Below, one piece after another: positions 28,061 through 43,430 of a stretch of 45,712 nt of DNA. Source of the DNA: Eledone cirrhosa. Its lineage: Eukaryota. The stretch spans positions 1 through 45,712 of the forward strand of contig CAXHJY010001698.1 in assembly GCA_964016885.1 (NCBI GenBank), written 5' to 3'. How positions within the stretch are numbered: position 1 is the first letter of the stretch; every line of letters begins with the position of its first letter. The notes under the pieces are model-generated. The model saw nothing but the letters and a program-made list of their open reading frames with translations, was not told where the DNA came from and ran no database searches. Made by a program: the position numbers and the translations under genes.

Positions 28061-31000
28061 TTTAGCACCAGTGATAGTTTATTTAGCACCAGTGATAGTT
28101 TATTTAGTACCAGTGATAGTTTATTTAGTACCAGTGATAGTTTATTTAGTACCAGTGATAGTTTATTTAGTACCAGTGATAGTTTATTTAGTACCGGTGA
28201 TAGTTTATTTAGCACTAGAGATGATTTATTTAGCACCAGTGATAGTTTACTTAGCACTAGAGATGGTTTATCTAGCACCAGTGATAGTTTATTAAGCACC
28301 AGTGATAGTCTATTTAGCACCAGTGATAGTTTATTTTGTACCAGTGATAGTTTATTTAGCACCAGTGATAGTTTATTTAGCACCAGTGATAGTTTATTTA
28401 GTACCAGTGATAGTTTATTTAGTACCAGTGATAGTTTATTTAGTACCAGTGATAGTTTATTTGGTACCAGTGATAGTTTATTTAGTACCGGTGATAGTTT
28501 ATTTAGCACTAGAGATGGTTTATTTAGCACCAGTGATAGTTTATTCAGCACCAGTGATAGTTTATTAAACACCAGTGATGGTTTATTTAGCACCAGTGAT
28601 AGTTTATTTAGCACTAGAGATGGTTTATTTAGCACCAGTGATAGTTAATTTAGCACCAGTGATAGTTTATTTAGTACTAGTGATAGTTTATTTAGCACCA
28701 GTGATAGTTTATTTAGCACCAGTGATAGTTTCTGTAGCACTAGAGATGGTTTATTTAGCAGCAGTGATAGTTTATCTAGTACCAGTGATAGTTTATTTAG
28801 CACCAGTGATAGTTTATTTAGCACCAGTGATAGTTTATTTAGTACCAGTGATATTATATTTAGTACCAGTGATAGTTTATTTAGTACCAGTGATAGTTTA
28901 TTTAGTACCAGTGATAGTTTATTTAGTACCGGTGATAGTTTATTTAGCACTAGAGATGATTTATTTAGCACCAGTGATAGTTTACTTAGCACTAGAGATG
29001 GTTTATCTAGCACCACTGATAGTTTATTAAGCACCAGTGATAGTTTATTTAGCACCAGTGATAGTTTATTTAGTACCAGTGATGGTTTATTTAGCTCCAG
29101 TGATGGTTTATTTAGCACCAGTGATAGTTTATTTAGCACCAGTGATAGTCTATTTAGTACCAGTGATAGTTTATTTAGTACTAGTGATAGTTTATTTAGC
29201 ACCAGTTATATTTTATTTAGCACCAGTGATAGTTTATTTAGTACCAGTGATAGTTTATTTAATACCAGTGATATTTTATTTAGTACCAGAGATACTTTAT
29301 TTAGTACAGTGATAGTTTATTTAGTACCAGTGATAGTTTATTTAGTACCAGTGATACTTTATTTAGCATCAGTGATATTGTATTTAGCACTAGTGATAGT
29401 TTATTTAGTACCAGTGATAGTTTATTTAGCACTAGAGATGGTTTATTTAGTACCAGTGATAGTTTATTTGGTAACAGTGATAGTTTATTTAGTCCCAGTG
29501 ATACTTTATTTAGCACCAGTGATAGTTTATTTAGCACTAGAGATGGTTTATTTAGCACCAGTGATAGTATATTTAGTACCAGTGATAATTTCTTCAGCAC
29601 CAGTGATAGTTTACTTAGCACTAGAGAAGGTTTATTTGACACCAGTGATAGGTTATTTAGTACCAGTGATAGTTTATTTAGCACCAGTGATAGTTATTTA
29701 GCACCAGTAATAGTTTATTTAGTACCAGTGATGGTTCATTTATCACCAGTGATGGTTTATTTAGTACCAGTGATAGTTTATTTAGTACCACTGATGGTCT
29801 ATTTAGTACCAGTGATAGTTTATTTAGTACCAGTGATAGTTTATTCAGCACCAGTGATAGTTTACTTAGTACCAGTGATGGTTTATTTATCACCAGTGAT
29901 GGTTTATTTAGTACCAGTGATAGTTTATTTAGTACCAGTGTTAGTTTATTTAGCACCAGTGATAGTTTATTTAGTACCAGTGATAGTTTATTTAGCACCA
30001 GTGATAGTTTATTTAGTACCAGTGATAGTTTATTTAGCACCAGTGATAGTTTATTTAGTACCAGTGATAGTTTATTTAGTACCAGTGATAGTTTATTTAG
30101 CACAAAGTGATAGTTTATTTAGTACCAGTGATAGTTTATTTAGTACCAGTAATAGTTTATTTAGTACCAGTGATAGTTTATTTAGCACAAAGTGATAGTT
30201 TATTTAGTACCAGTGATAGTTTATTTAGTACCAGTGATAGTTTATTTAGTACCGGTGATGGTTTATTTAGCACCAGTGATAGTTTATTTAGCACCAGTGA
30301 TAGTTTATTTAGTACCAGTGATAGTTTATTTAGTACCAGTGATAGTTTATTTAGTACCAGTGATAGTTTATTTAGTACCAGTGATAGTTTATTTAGTACC
30401 GGTGATAGTTTATTTAGCACTAGAGATGATTTATTTAGCACCAGTGATAGTTTACTTAGCACTAGAGATGGTTTATCTAGCACCAGTGATAGTTTATTAA
30501 GCACCAGTGATAGTCTATTTAGCACCAGTGATAGTTTATTTTGTACCAGTGATAGTTTATTTAGCACCAGTGATAGTTTATTTAGCACCAGTGATAGTTT
30601 ATTTAGTACCAGTGATAGTTTATTTAGTACCAGTGATAGTTTATTTAGTACCAGTGATAGTTTATTTGGTACCAGTGATAGTTTATTTAGTACCGGTGAT
30701 AGTTTATTTAGCACTAGAGATGGTTTATTTAGCACCAGTGATAGTTTATTCAGCACCAGTGATAGTTTATTAAACACCAGTGATGGTTTATTTAGCACCA
30801 GTGATAGTTTATTTAGCACTAGAGATGGTTTATTTAGCACCAGTGATAGTTAATTTAGCACCAGTGATAGTTTATTTAGTACTAGTGATAGTTTATTTAG
30901 CACCAGTGATAGTTTATTTAGCACCAGTGATAGTTTCTGTAGCACTAGAGATGGTTTATTTAGCAGCAGTGATAGTTTATCTAGTACCAGTGATAGTTTA

Positions 31001-32496
31001 TTTAGCACCAGTGATAGTTTATTTAGCACCAGTGATAGTTTATTTAGTACCAGTGATATTATATTTAGTACCAGTGATAGTTTATTTAGTACCAGTGATA
31101 GTTTATTTAGTACCAGTGATAGTTTATTTAGTACCGGTGATAGTTTATTTAGCACTAGAGATGATTTATTTAGCACCAGTGATAGTTTACTTAGCACTAG
31201 AGATGGTTTATCTAGCACCACTGATAGTTTATTAAGCACCAGTGATAGTTTATTTAGCACCAGTGATAGTTTATTTAGTACCAGTGATGGTTTATTTAGC
31301 TCCAGTGATGGTTTATTTAGCACCAGTGATAGTTTATTTAGCACCAGTGATAGTCTATTTAGTACCAGTGATAGTTTATTTAGTACTAGTGATAGTTTAT
31401 TTAGCACCAGTTATATTTTATTTAGCACCAGTGATAGTTTATTTAGTACCAGTGATAGTTTATTTAATACCAGTGATAATTTATTTAGTACCAGAGATAC
31501 TTTATTTAGTACAGTGATAGTTTATTTAGTACCAGTGATAGTTTATTTAGTACCAGTGATACTTTATTTAGCATCAGTGATATTGTATTTAGCACTAGTG
31601 ATAGTTTATTTAGTACCAGTGATAGTTTATTTAGCACTAGAGATGGTTTATTTAGTACCAGTGATAGTTTATTTGGTAACAGTGATAGTTTATTTAGTCC
31701 CAGTGATACTTTATTTAGCACCAGTGATAGTTTATTTAGCACTAGAGATGGTTTATTTAGCACCAGTGATAGTATATTTAGTACCAGTGATAATTTCTTC
31801 AGCACCAGTGATAGTTTACTTAGCACTAGAGAAGGTTTATTTGACACCAGTGATAGGTTATTTAGTACCAGTGATAGTTTATTTAGCACCAGTGATAGTT
31901 ATTTAGCACCAGTAATAGTTTATTTAGTACCAGTGATGGTTCATTTATCACCAGTGATGGTTTATTTAGTACCAGTGATAGTTTATTTAGTACCACTGAT
32001 GGTCTATTTAGTACCAGTGATAGTTTATTTAGTACCAGTGATAGTTTATTCAGCACCAGTGATAGTTTACTTAGTACCAGTGATGGTTTATTTATCACCA
32101 GTGATGGTTTATTTAGTACCAGTGATAGTTTATTTAGTACCAGTGTTAGTTTATTTAGCACCAGTGATAGTTTATTTAGTACCAGTGATAGTTTATTTAG
32201 CACCAGTGATAGTTTATTTAGTACCAGTGATAGTTTATTTAGCACCAGTGATAGTTTATTTAGTACCAGTGATAGTTTATTTAGTACCAGTGATAGTTTA
32301 TTTAGCACAAAGTGATAGTTTATTTAGTACCAGTGATAGTTTATTTAGTACCAGTAATAGTTTATTTAGTACCAGTGATAGTTTATTTAGCACAAAGTGA
32401 TAGTTTATTTAGTACCAGTGATAGTTTATTTAGTACCAGTGATAGTTTATTTAGTACCGGTGATGGTTTATTTAGCACCAGTGATAGTTTATTTAG
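28061..32496 (+). repeat. 2205-bp (105-monomer) tandem duplication, two copies
   Basis: ORF starts 28302/30507, 28575/30780, 29309/31514 and 29728/31933 are each 2205 apart. Markers ATATTATATT, GGTTCATTTATC and CCACTGATGGTCT are shared. Confidence 0.92.
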
Positions 32497-35400
32497 TACC
32501 AGTGATAGTTTATTTAGTACAAGTGATAGTTTATTTAGTACCGGTGATAGTTTATTTAGTACCAGTGATAGTTTATTTAGTAACAGTGATAGTTTATTTA
32601 GTACCGGTGATAGTTTATTTAGTACCAGTGATAGTTTATTTAGTACCAGTGATAGTTTATTTAGTACCAGTGATAGTTTATTTAGTACCAGTGATATTTT
32701 ATTTAGCACCAGTGATAGTTTATTTAGCACCAGTGATGGGTTATTTAGCACCAGTTATCGTTTATTTAGTACCAGTAATAGTTTATTTAGCACCAGTAAT
32801 AGTTTTTTTAGCACCAGTAATAGTTTATTTAGTACCAGTAATAGTTTATTTAGCACCAGTAATAGTTTATTTAGCACCAGTAATAGTTTATTTAGTACAA
32901 GTGATAGTTTATTTACTACCGGTGATAGTTTATTTAGTACCAGTGATAGTTTATTTAGCACCAGTGATAGTTTATTTAGTACCAGTGATAGTTTATTTAG
33001 TACCAGTGATAGTTTATTTAGCACAAAGTGATAGTTTATTTAGTACCAGTGATAGTTTATTTAGTACCAGTAATAGTTTATTTAGTACCAGTGATAGTTT
33101 ATTTAGCACCAGTGATAGTTTATTTAGTACCAGTGATAGTTTATTTAGTACCAGTGATAGTTTATTTAGCACAAAGTGATAGTTTATTTAGTACCAGTGA
33201 TAGTTTATTTAGTACCAGTGATAGTTTATTTAGTACCGGTGATGGTTTATTTAGCACCAGTGATAGTTTATTTAGTACCAGTGATAGTTTATTTAGTACA
33301 AGTGATAGTTTATTTAGTACCGGTGATAGTTTATTTAGTACCAGTGATAGTTTATTTAGCACCAGTGATAGTTTATTTAGCACCAGTGATAATTTATTTA
33401 GTACCAGTGATAGTTTATTTACTACCAGTGATAGTTTATTTAGCACAAAGTGATAGTTTATTTAGTACCAGTGATAGTTTATTTAGTACCAGTAATAGTT
33501 TATTTAGTACCAGTGATAGTTTATTTAGCACAAAGTGATAGTTTATTTAGTACCACTGATAGTTTATTTAGTACCAGTGATAGTTTATTTAGTACCGGTG
33601 ATGGTTTATTTAGCACCAGTGATAGTTTATTTAGTACCAGTGATAGTTTATTTAGTACCAGTGATAGTTTATTTAGTACCAGTGATATTTTATTTAGCAC
33701 CAGTGATAGTTTATTTAGCACCAGTGATGGGTTATTTAGCACCAGTTATCGTTTATTTAGTACCAGTAATAGTTTATTTAGCACCAGTAATAGTTTATTT
33801 AGTACCAGTAATAGTTTATTTAGCACCAGTGATAGTTTATTTAGCACTAGAGATGGTTTATTTTGCACCAGTGATAGTTTATTCAGCACCAGTAATAGTT
33901 TATTTAGCACCAGTAATAGTTTATTTAGTACCAGTGATAGTGTATTTAGCACAAAGTGATAGTTTATTTAGTACCAGTGATAGTTTATTTAGCACAAAGT
34001 GATAGTTTATTTAGTACCAGTGATCGTTTATTTAGTACCAGTAATAGTTTATTTAGTACCAGTAATAGTTTATTTAGTACCAGTAATAGTTTATTTAGCA
34101 CCAGTAATAGTTTATTTAGTACCAGCGATAGTTTATTTAGCACAAAGTGATAGTTTATTTAGTACCAGTGATAGTTTATTTAGTACCAGTGATAGTTTAT
34201 TTAATACCGGTGATAGTTTATTTAGCGCCAGTGATAGTTTATTCAGCACCAGTGATAGTTTATTTAGCACCAGTAATAGTTTATTTAGCACCAGTGATGG
34301 TTTATTTAGCACAAGTGATCCTTTATTTAGTACCAGTAATAGTTTATTTAGCACTAGTAATAGTTTATTTAGCACAAGTGATGGTTTATGTAGCACCAGT
34401 GATAGTTTATTTAGTACCAGTGATAGTTTATTTAGTACCAGTGATAGTTTATTTAGCACAAAGTGATAGTTTATTTAGTACCAGTGATAGTTTATTTAGT
34501 ACCAGTAATAGTTTATTTAGTACCAGTGATAGTTTATTTAGCACAAAGTGATAGTTTATTTAGTACCAGTGATAGTTTATTTAGTACCAGTGATAGTTTA
34601 TTTAGTACCGGTGATGGTTTATTTAGCACCAGTGATAGTTTATTTAGTACCAGTGATAGTTTATTTAGTACAAGTGATAGTTTATTTAGTACCGGTGATA
34701 GTTGATTTAGTACCAGTGATAGTTTATTTAGTACCAGTGATAGTTTATTTAGTACCGGTGATAGTTTATTTAGTACCAGTGATAGTTTATTTAGCACAAA
34801 GTGATAGTTTATTTAGTACCAGTGATAGTTTATTTAGTACCAGTGATAGTTTATTTAGTACCGGTGATGGTTTATTTAGCACCAGTGATAGTTTATTTAG
34901 TACCAGTGATAGTTTATTTAGTACAAGTGATAGTTTATTTAGTACCGGTGATAGTTTATTTAGTACCAGTGATAGTTTATTTAGTAACAGTGATAGTTTA
35001 TTTAGTACCGGTGATAGTTTATTTAGTACCAGTGATAGTTTATTTAGTACCAGTGATAGTTTATTTAGTACCAGTGATAGTTTATTTAGTACCAGTGATA
35101 TTTTATTTAGCACCAGTGATAGTTTATTTAGCACCAGTGATGGGTTATTTAGCACCAGTTATCGTTTATTTAGTACCAGTAATAGTTTATTTAGCACCAG
35201 TAATAGTTTTTTTAGCACCAGTAATAGTTTATTTAGTACCAGTAATAGTTTATTTAGCACCAGTAATAGTTTATTTAGCACCAGTAATAGTTTATTTAGT
35301 ACAAGTGATAGTTTATTTACTACCGGTGATAGTTTATTTAGTACCAGTGATAGTTTATTTAGCACCAGTGATAGTTTATTTAGTACCAGTGATAGTTTAT

Positions 35401-37198
35401 TTAGTACCAGTGATAGTTTATTTAGCACAAAGTGATAGTTTATTTAGTACCAGTGATAGTTTATTTAGTACCAGTAATAGTTTATTTAGTACCAGTGATA
35501 GTTTATTTAGCACCAGTGATAGTTTATTTAGTACCAGTGATAGTTTATTTAGTACCAGTGATAGTTTATTTAGCACAAAGTGATAGTTTATTTAGTACCA
35601 GTGATAGTTTATTTAGTACCAGTGATAGTTTATTTAGTACCGGTGATGGTTTATTTAGCACCAGTGATAGTTTATTTAGTACCAGTGATAGTTTATTTAG
35701 TACAAGTGATAGTTTATTTAGTACCGGTGATAGTTTATTTAGTACCAGTGATAGTTTATTTAGCACCAGTGATAGTTTATTTAGCACCAGTGATAATTTA
35801 TTTAGTACCAGTGATAGTTTATTTACTACCAGTGATAGTTTATTTAGCACAAAGTGATAGTTTATTTAGTACCAGTGATAGTTTATTTAGTACCAGTAAT
35901 AGTTTATTTAGTACCAGTGATAGTTTATTTAGCACAAAGTGATAGTTTATTTAGTACCAGTGATAGTTTATTTAGTACCAGTGATAGTTTATTTAGTACC
36001 GGTGATGGTTTATTTAGCACCAGTGATAGTTTATTTAGTACCAGTGATAGTTTATTTAGTACCAGTGATAGTTTATTTAGTACCAGTGATATTTTATTTA
36101 GCACCAGTGATAGTTTATTTAGCACCAGTGATGGGTTATTTAGCACCAGTTATCGTTTATTTAGTACCAGTAATAGTTTATTTAGCACCAGTAATAGTTT
36201 ATTTAGTACCAGTAATAGTTTATTTAGCACCAGTGATAGTTTATTTAGCACTAGAGATGGTTTATTTTGCACCAGTGATAGATTATTCAGCACCAGTAAT
36301 AGTTTATTTAGCACCAGTAATAGTTTATTTAGTACCAGTGATAGTGTATTTAGCACAAAGTGATAGTTTATTTAGTACCAGTGATAGTTTATTTAGCACA
36401 AAGTGATAGTTTATTTAGTACCAGTGATCGTTTATTTAGTACCAGTAATAGTTTATTTAGTACCAGTAATAGTTTATTTAGTACCAGTAATAGTTTATTT
36501 AGCACCAGTAATAGTTTATTTAGTACCAGTGATAGTTTATTTAGCACAAAGTGATAGTTTATTTAGTACCAGTGATAGTTTATTTAGTACCAGTGATAGT
36601 TTATTTAATACCGGTGATAGTTTATTTAGCGCCAGTGATAGTTTATTCAGCACCAGTGATAGTTTATTTAGCACCAGTAATAGTTTATTTAGCACCAGTG
36701 ATGGTTTATTTAGCACAAGTGATCCTTTATTTAGTACCAGTAATAGTTTATTTAGCACTAGTAATAGTTTATTTAGCACAAGTGATGGTTTATGTAGCAC
36801 CAGTGATAGTTTATTTAGTACCAGTGATAGTTTATTTAGTACCAGTGATAGTTTATTTAGCACAAAGTGATAGTTTATTTAGTACCAGTGATAGTTTATT
36901 TAGTACCAGTAATAGTTTATTTAGTACCAGTGATAGTTTATTTAGCACAAAGTGATAGTTTATTTAGTACCAGTGATAGTTTATTTAGTACCAGTGATAG
37001 TTTATTTAGTACCGATGATGGTTTATTTAGCACCAGTGATAGTTTATTTAGTACCAGTGATAGTTTATTTAGTACAAGTGATAGTTTATTTAGTACCGGT
37101 GATAGTTGATTTAGTACCAGTGATAGTTTATTTAGTACCAGTGATAGTTTATTTAGTACCGGTGATAGTTTATTTAGTACCAGTGATAGTTTATTTAG
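32360..37198 (+). repeat. 2404-bp (114-monomer) tandem duplication, two copies, rich in 22-bp monomers
   Basis: ORF starts 32397/34801, 33028/35432, 33956/36360 and 34463/36867 are each 2404 apart. 2404 = 114x21+10, matching ten CACAAAG 22-mers per unit. Confidence 0.92.
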
Positions 37199-39589
37199 TA
37201 CCAGTGATAGTTTATTTAGTACCAGTGATAGTTTATTTAGTACCAGTGATATTTTATTTAGCACCAGTGATAGTTTAATTAGCACCAGTGATGGGTTATT
37301 TAGCACCAGTTATCGTTTATTTAGTACCAGTAATAGTTTATTTAGCACCAGTAATAGTTTATTTAGCACCAGTGATAGTTTATTTAGCACCAGTAATAGT
37401 TTATTTAGAACCAGTGATAGTTTATTTAGCACAAAGTGATAGTTTATTTAGTACCAGTGATAGTTTATTTAGTACCAGTGATAGTTTATTTAATACCGGT
37501 GATAGTTTATTTAGCACCAGTGATAGTTTATTTAGTACCAGTGATAGTTTATTTAGCTCTAGAGATGGTTTATTGTGCACCAGTGATAGTTTATTCAGCA
37601 CCAGTAATAGTTTATTTAACACCAGTAATAGTTTATTTAGTACCAGTGATAGTTTATTTAGCAGAAAGTGATAGTTTATTTAGTACCAGTGATAGTTTAT
37701 TTAGCACAAAATGATAGTTTATTTAGTACCAGTGATCGTTTATTTAGTACCAGTAATAGTTTATTTAGTACCAGTAATAGTTTATTTAGTACCAGTAATA
37801 GTTTATTTAGCACCAGTAATAGTTTATTTAGTACCAGTGATAGTTTATTTAGCACAAAGTGATAGTTTATTTAGTACCAGTGATAGTTTATTTAGTACCA
37901 GTGATAGTTTATTTAATACCGGTGATAGTTTATTTAGCACCAGTGATAGTTTATTCAGCACCAGTAATAGTTTATTTAGCACCAGTAATAGTTTATTTAG
38001 CACCAGTGATGGTTTATTTAGCACCAGTGATCCTTTATTTAGTACCAGTAATAGATTATTTAGCACCAGTAATAGTTTATTTAGCACAAGTGATGGTTTA
38101 TTTAGCACCAGTGATCGTTTATTTAGTACCAGTAATAGTTTATTTAGCACCAGTAATAGTTTATTTAGTACCAGTGATCGTTTATTTAGTACCAGTGATA
38201 GTTTATTTAGCACCAGTGATAGTTTATTTAGTACCAGTGATGGTTACTTTAGTACCAGTGATAGTTTATTTAGCACCAGTGATAGTTTATTTAGTACCAG
38301 TGATGGTTTATTTATCACCAGTGATGGTCTATTTAGTACCAGTGATAGTTTATTTAGCACCAGTGATAGTTTATTTAGCACTAGCGATGTTCTATTTAGC
38401 ACCAGTGATAGTTTATTTAGTACCAATGATAGTTTATTTAGCACCAGTGATAGTTTAATTAGCACTAGAGATGGTTTATCTAGCACCAGTGATAGTTTAT
38501 TTAGTACCAGTGATAATTTATTTAGCAGCAATGATAGTTTATATAGTACCAGTGATACTTTATTTAGCACCAGTTATAGTTTATTTAGCACTAGAGATGG
38601 TTTATTTAGCACCAGTGATAGTTAATTTAGCACCAGTGATAGTTTATTTAGTACTAGTGATAGTTTATTTAGCCCTAGAGATGGTTTATTTAGCACCAGT
38701 GATAGTTTATTTAGCACTAGAGATGGTTTACTTAGAACCAGTGATAGTTAATTTAGCACCAGTGATAGTTTATTTAGTACTACTGATAGTTTATTTAGCA
38801 CCAGTGATAGTTTATTTAGCACCTGTGGTAGTTTATTTAGCACCAGTGATAGTTTATTTAGCACCAGTGATAGTATATATAGTACCAGAGATAGTTTATT
38901 TAGCACCAGTGATAGTTTATTTAGCACTAGAGATGGTTTATTTAGCACCAGTGATAGTTAATTTAGCACCAGTGATAGTTATTTAGTACTAGTGATAGTT
39001 TATTTAGCACCAGTGATAGTTTATTTAGCACCAGTGATAGTTTCTGTAGCACTAGAGATGGTTTATTTAGCACCAGTGATAGTTTTTCTAGTACCAGTGA
39101 TAGTTTATTTAGCACCAGTGATAGTTTATTTAGCACCAGTGATAGTTTATTTAGTACCAGTGATAGTTTATTTAGTACCAGTGATAGTTTATTTAGTACC
39201 AGTGATAGTTTATTTAGTACCAGTGATAGCTTATTTAGTACCGGTGATAGTTTATTTAGCACTAGAGATGATTTATTTAGCACCAGTGATAGTTTACTTA
39301 GCACTAGAGATGGTTTATCTAGCACCAGTGATAGTTTATTAAGCACCAGTGATAGTTTATTTAGCACCAGTGATAGTTTATTTAGTACCAGTGATAGTTT
39401 ATTTAGCTCCAGTGATGGTTTATTTAGCACCAGTGATAGTTTATTTAGCACCAGTGATAGTTTATTTAGTACCAGTGATAGTTTATTTAGTACTAGTGAT
39501 AGTTTATTTAGCACCAGTTATATTTTATTTAGTACCAGTGATAGTTTATTTAGCACCAGTGATAGTTTATTTAGTACCAGTGATAGTTT

Positions 39590-42500
39590 ATTTAATACCA
39601 GTGATAATTTATTTAGTACCAGAGATACTTTATTTAGTACACTGATAGTTTATTTAGTACCAGTGATAGTTTATTTAGTACCAGTGATACTTTATTTAGC
39701 ATCAGTGATATTGTATTTAGCACTAGTGATAGTTTATTTAGTACCAGTGATAGTTTATTTAGCACTAGAGATGGTTTATTTAGCACCAGTGATAGTTTAT
39801 TTGGTAACAGTGATAGTTTATTTAGTCCCAGTGATACTTTATTTAGCACCAGTGATAGTTTATTTAGCACTAGAGATGGTTTATGTAGCACCAGTGATAG
39901 TATATTTAGTACCAGTGATAATTTCTTCAGCACCAGTGATAGCTTACTTAGCACTAGAGAAGGTTTATTTGACACCAGTGATAGGTTATTTAGTACCAGT
40001 GATAGTTTATTTAGCACCAGTGATAGTTATGTAGCACCAGTAATAGTTTATTTAGTACCAGTGATGGTTTATTTATCACCAGTGATGGTTTATTTAGTAC
40101 CAGTGATAGTTTATTTAGTACCACTGATGGTTTATTTAGTACCAGTGATAGTTTATTTAGTACCAGTGATAGTTTATTCAGCACCAGTGATAGTTTACTT
40201 AGTACCAGTGATGGTTTATTTATCACCAGTGATGGTTTATTTAGTACCAGTGATAGTTTATTTAGCACCAGTTATAGTTTATTTAGCACCAGTGATAGTT
40301 TATTTAGCACCAGTAATATTTTATTTAGTACCAGTGATAGTTTATTTTGTACCAGTGATAGTTTATTTAGCACCAGTGATAGTTTATTTAGCACCAGTGA
40401 TAGTTTATCTAGTACCAGTGATAGTTTATTTAATACCAGTGATAATTTATTTAGTACCAGTGATACTTTATTTAGTACAGTGATAGTTTATTTAGTACCA
40501 GTGATAGTTTATTTAGTACCAGTGATATTTTATTTAGCATCAGTGTTATTTTATTTAGCACCAGTGATAGTTTATTTAATACCGGTGATAGTTTATTTAG
40601 CACCAGTGATAGTTTATTCAGCACCAGTAATAGTTTATTTAGCACCAGTGATAGTTTATTTAGCACCAGTGGTAGTTTATTTAGCACCAGTGATAGTTAA
40701 TTTAGCACCAGTGATAGTTTATTTAGTACTACTGATAGTTTATTTAGCACCAGTGATAGTTTATTTAGCACCAGTGATAGTTTATTTAGCACCAGTGATA
40801 GTTTATGTTGCACCAGCGGTAGTTTATTTAGTACCAGTGATAGTTTATGTAGCACAAGAGATGGTTAATTTAGCACCAGTGATAGTTTATTTAGTACTAG
40901 AGATGGTTTATTTAGCACCAGTGATAGTTTATTTAGTACTAGTGATAGTTTATTTAGCACCAGTGATAGTATATATAGTACCAGAGATAGTTTATTTAGC
41001 ACCAGTGATAGTTTATTTAGCACTAGAGATGGTTTATTTAGCACCAGTGATAGTTTATTTAGTACTAGTGATAGTTTATTTAGCACCAGTGATAGTTTAT
41101 TTAGCACCAGTGATAGTTTCTGTAGCACTAGAGATGGTTTATTTAGCACCAGTGATAGTTTATCTAGTACCAGTGATAGTTTCTTTAGCACCAGTGATAG
41201 TTTATTTAGCACCAGTGATAGTTTATTTAGTACCAGTGATAGTTTATTTAGTACCAGTGATAGTTTATTTAGTACCAGTGATAGTTTATTTAGTACCAGT
41301 GATAGTTTATTTAGTACCGGTGATAGTTTATTTAGCACTAGAGATGATTTATTTAGCACCAGTGATAGTTTACTTAGCACTAGAGATGGTTTATCTAGCA
41401 CCAGTGATAGTTTATTAAGCACCAGTGATAGTCTATTTAGCACCAGTGATAGTTTATTTTGTACCAGTGATAGTTTATTTAGCACCAGTGATAGTTTGTT
41501 TAGCACCAGTGATAGTTTATTTAGTACCAGTGATAGTTTATTTAGTACCAGTGATAGTTTATTTAGTACCAGTGATAGTTTATTTGGTACCAGTGATAGT
41601 TTATTTAGTACCGGTGATAGTTTATTTAGCACTAGAGATGGTTTATTTAGCACCAGTGATAGTTTATTCAGCACCAGTGATAGTTTATTAAACACCAGTG
41701 ATGGTTTATTTAGCACCAGTGATAGTTTTTTTAGCACTAGAGATGGTTTATTTAGCACCAGTGATAGTTAATTTAGCACCAGTGATAGTTTATTTAGTAC
41801 TAGTGATAGTTTATTTAGCACCAGTGATAGTTTATTTAGCACCAGTGATAGTTTCTGTAGCACTAGAGATGGTTTATTTAGCAGCAGTGATAGTTTATCT
41901 AGTACCAGTGATAGTTTATTTAGCACCAGTGATAGTTTATTTAGCACCAGTGATAGTTTATTTAGTACCAGTGATATTTTATTTAGTACCAGTGATAGTT
42001 TATTTAGTACCAGTGATAGTTTATTTAGTACCAGTGATAGTTTATTTAGTACCGGTGATAGTTTATTTAGCACTAGAGATGATTTATTTAGCACCAGTGA
42101 TAGTTTACTTAGCACTAGAGATGGTTTATCTAGCACCACTGATAGTTTATTAAGCACCAGTGATAGTTTATTTAGCACCAGTGATAGTTTATTTAGTACC
42201 AGTGATAGTTTATTTAGCTCCAGTGATGGTTTATTTAGCACCAGTGATAGTTTATTTAGCACCAGTGATAGTCTATTTAGTACCAGTGATAGTTTATTTA
42301 GTACTAGTGATAGTTTATTTAGCACCAGTTATATTTTATTTAGTACCAGTGATAGTTTATTTAGCACCAGTGATAGTTTATTTAGTACCAGTGATAGTTT
42401 ATTTAATACCAGTGATAATTTATTTAGTACCAGAGATACTTTATTTAGTACAGTGATAGTTTATTTAGTACCAGTGATAGTTTATTTAGTACCAGTGATA

Positions 42501-43430
42501 CTTTATTTAGCATCAGTGATATTGTATTTAGCACTAGTGATAGTTTATTTAGTACCAGTGATAGTTTATTTAGCACTAGAGATGGTTTATTTAGTACCAG
42601 TGATAGTTTATTTGGTAACAGTGATAGTTTATTTAGTCCCAGTGATACTTTATTTAGCACCAGTGATAGTTTATTTAGCACTAGAGATGGTTTATTTAGC
42701 ACCAGTGATAGTATATTTAGTACCAGTGATAATTTCTTCAGCACCAGTGATAGTTTACTTAGCACTAGAGAAGGTTTATTTGACACCAGTGATAGGTTAT
42801 TTAGTACCAGTGATAGTTTATTTAGCACCAGTGATAGTTATTTAGCACCAGTAATAGTTTATTTAGTACCAGTGATGGTTTATTTATCACCAGTGATGGT
42901 TTATTTAGTACCAGTGATAGTTTATTTAGTACCACTGATGGTTTATTTAGTACCAGTGATAGTTTATTTAGTACCAGTGATAGTTTATTCAGCACCAGTG
43001 ATAGTTTACTTAGTACCAGTGATGGTTTATTTATCACCAGTGATGGTTTATTTAGTACCAGTGATAGTTTATTTAGTACCAGTGTTAGTTTATTTAGCAC
43101 CAGTGATAGTTTATTTAGTACCAGTGATAGTTTATTTAGCACCAGTGATAGTTTATTTAGTACCAGTGATAGTTTATTTAGCACCAGTGATAGTTTATTT
43201 AGTACCAGTGATAGTTTATTTAGTACCAGTGATAGTTTATTTAGCACAAAGTGATAGTTTATTTAGTACCAGTGATAGTTTATTTAGTACCAGTAATAGT
43301 TTATTTAGTACCAGTGATAGTTTATTTAGCACAAAGTGATAGTTTATTTAGTACCAGTGATAGTTTATTTAGTACCAGTGATAGTTTATTTAGTACCGGT
43401 GATGGTTTATTTAGCACCAGTGATAGTTTA
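39590..43430 (+). repeat. Distant copy of about 26440-30290 (offset 13123-13144 bp)
   Basis: ORF pairs 26917/40061, 27336/40480, 29309/42453 and 29728/42872 have offset 13144. Pairs 28302/41425 and 28575/41698 have offset 13123, one monomer less. Confidence 0.88.

Noticed and set aside
37711-38625. Ser/Thr-rich (FSTSDSL)n frame resembling a mucin or serine-rich adhesin
   Set aside because: The C/T variant is synonymous here, but the frame is repeatedly broken by TAA (GTTAATT variant) and by 20/22-bp monomers. No signal peptide, anchor or non-repeat domain is present in the window.
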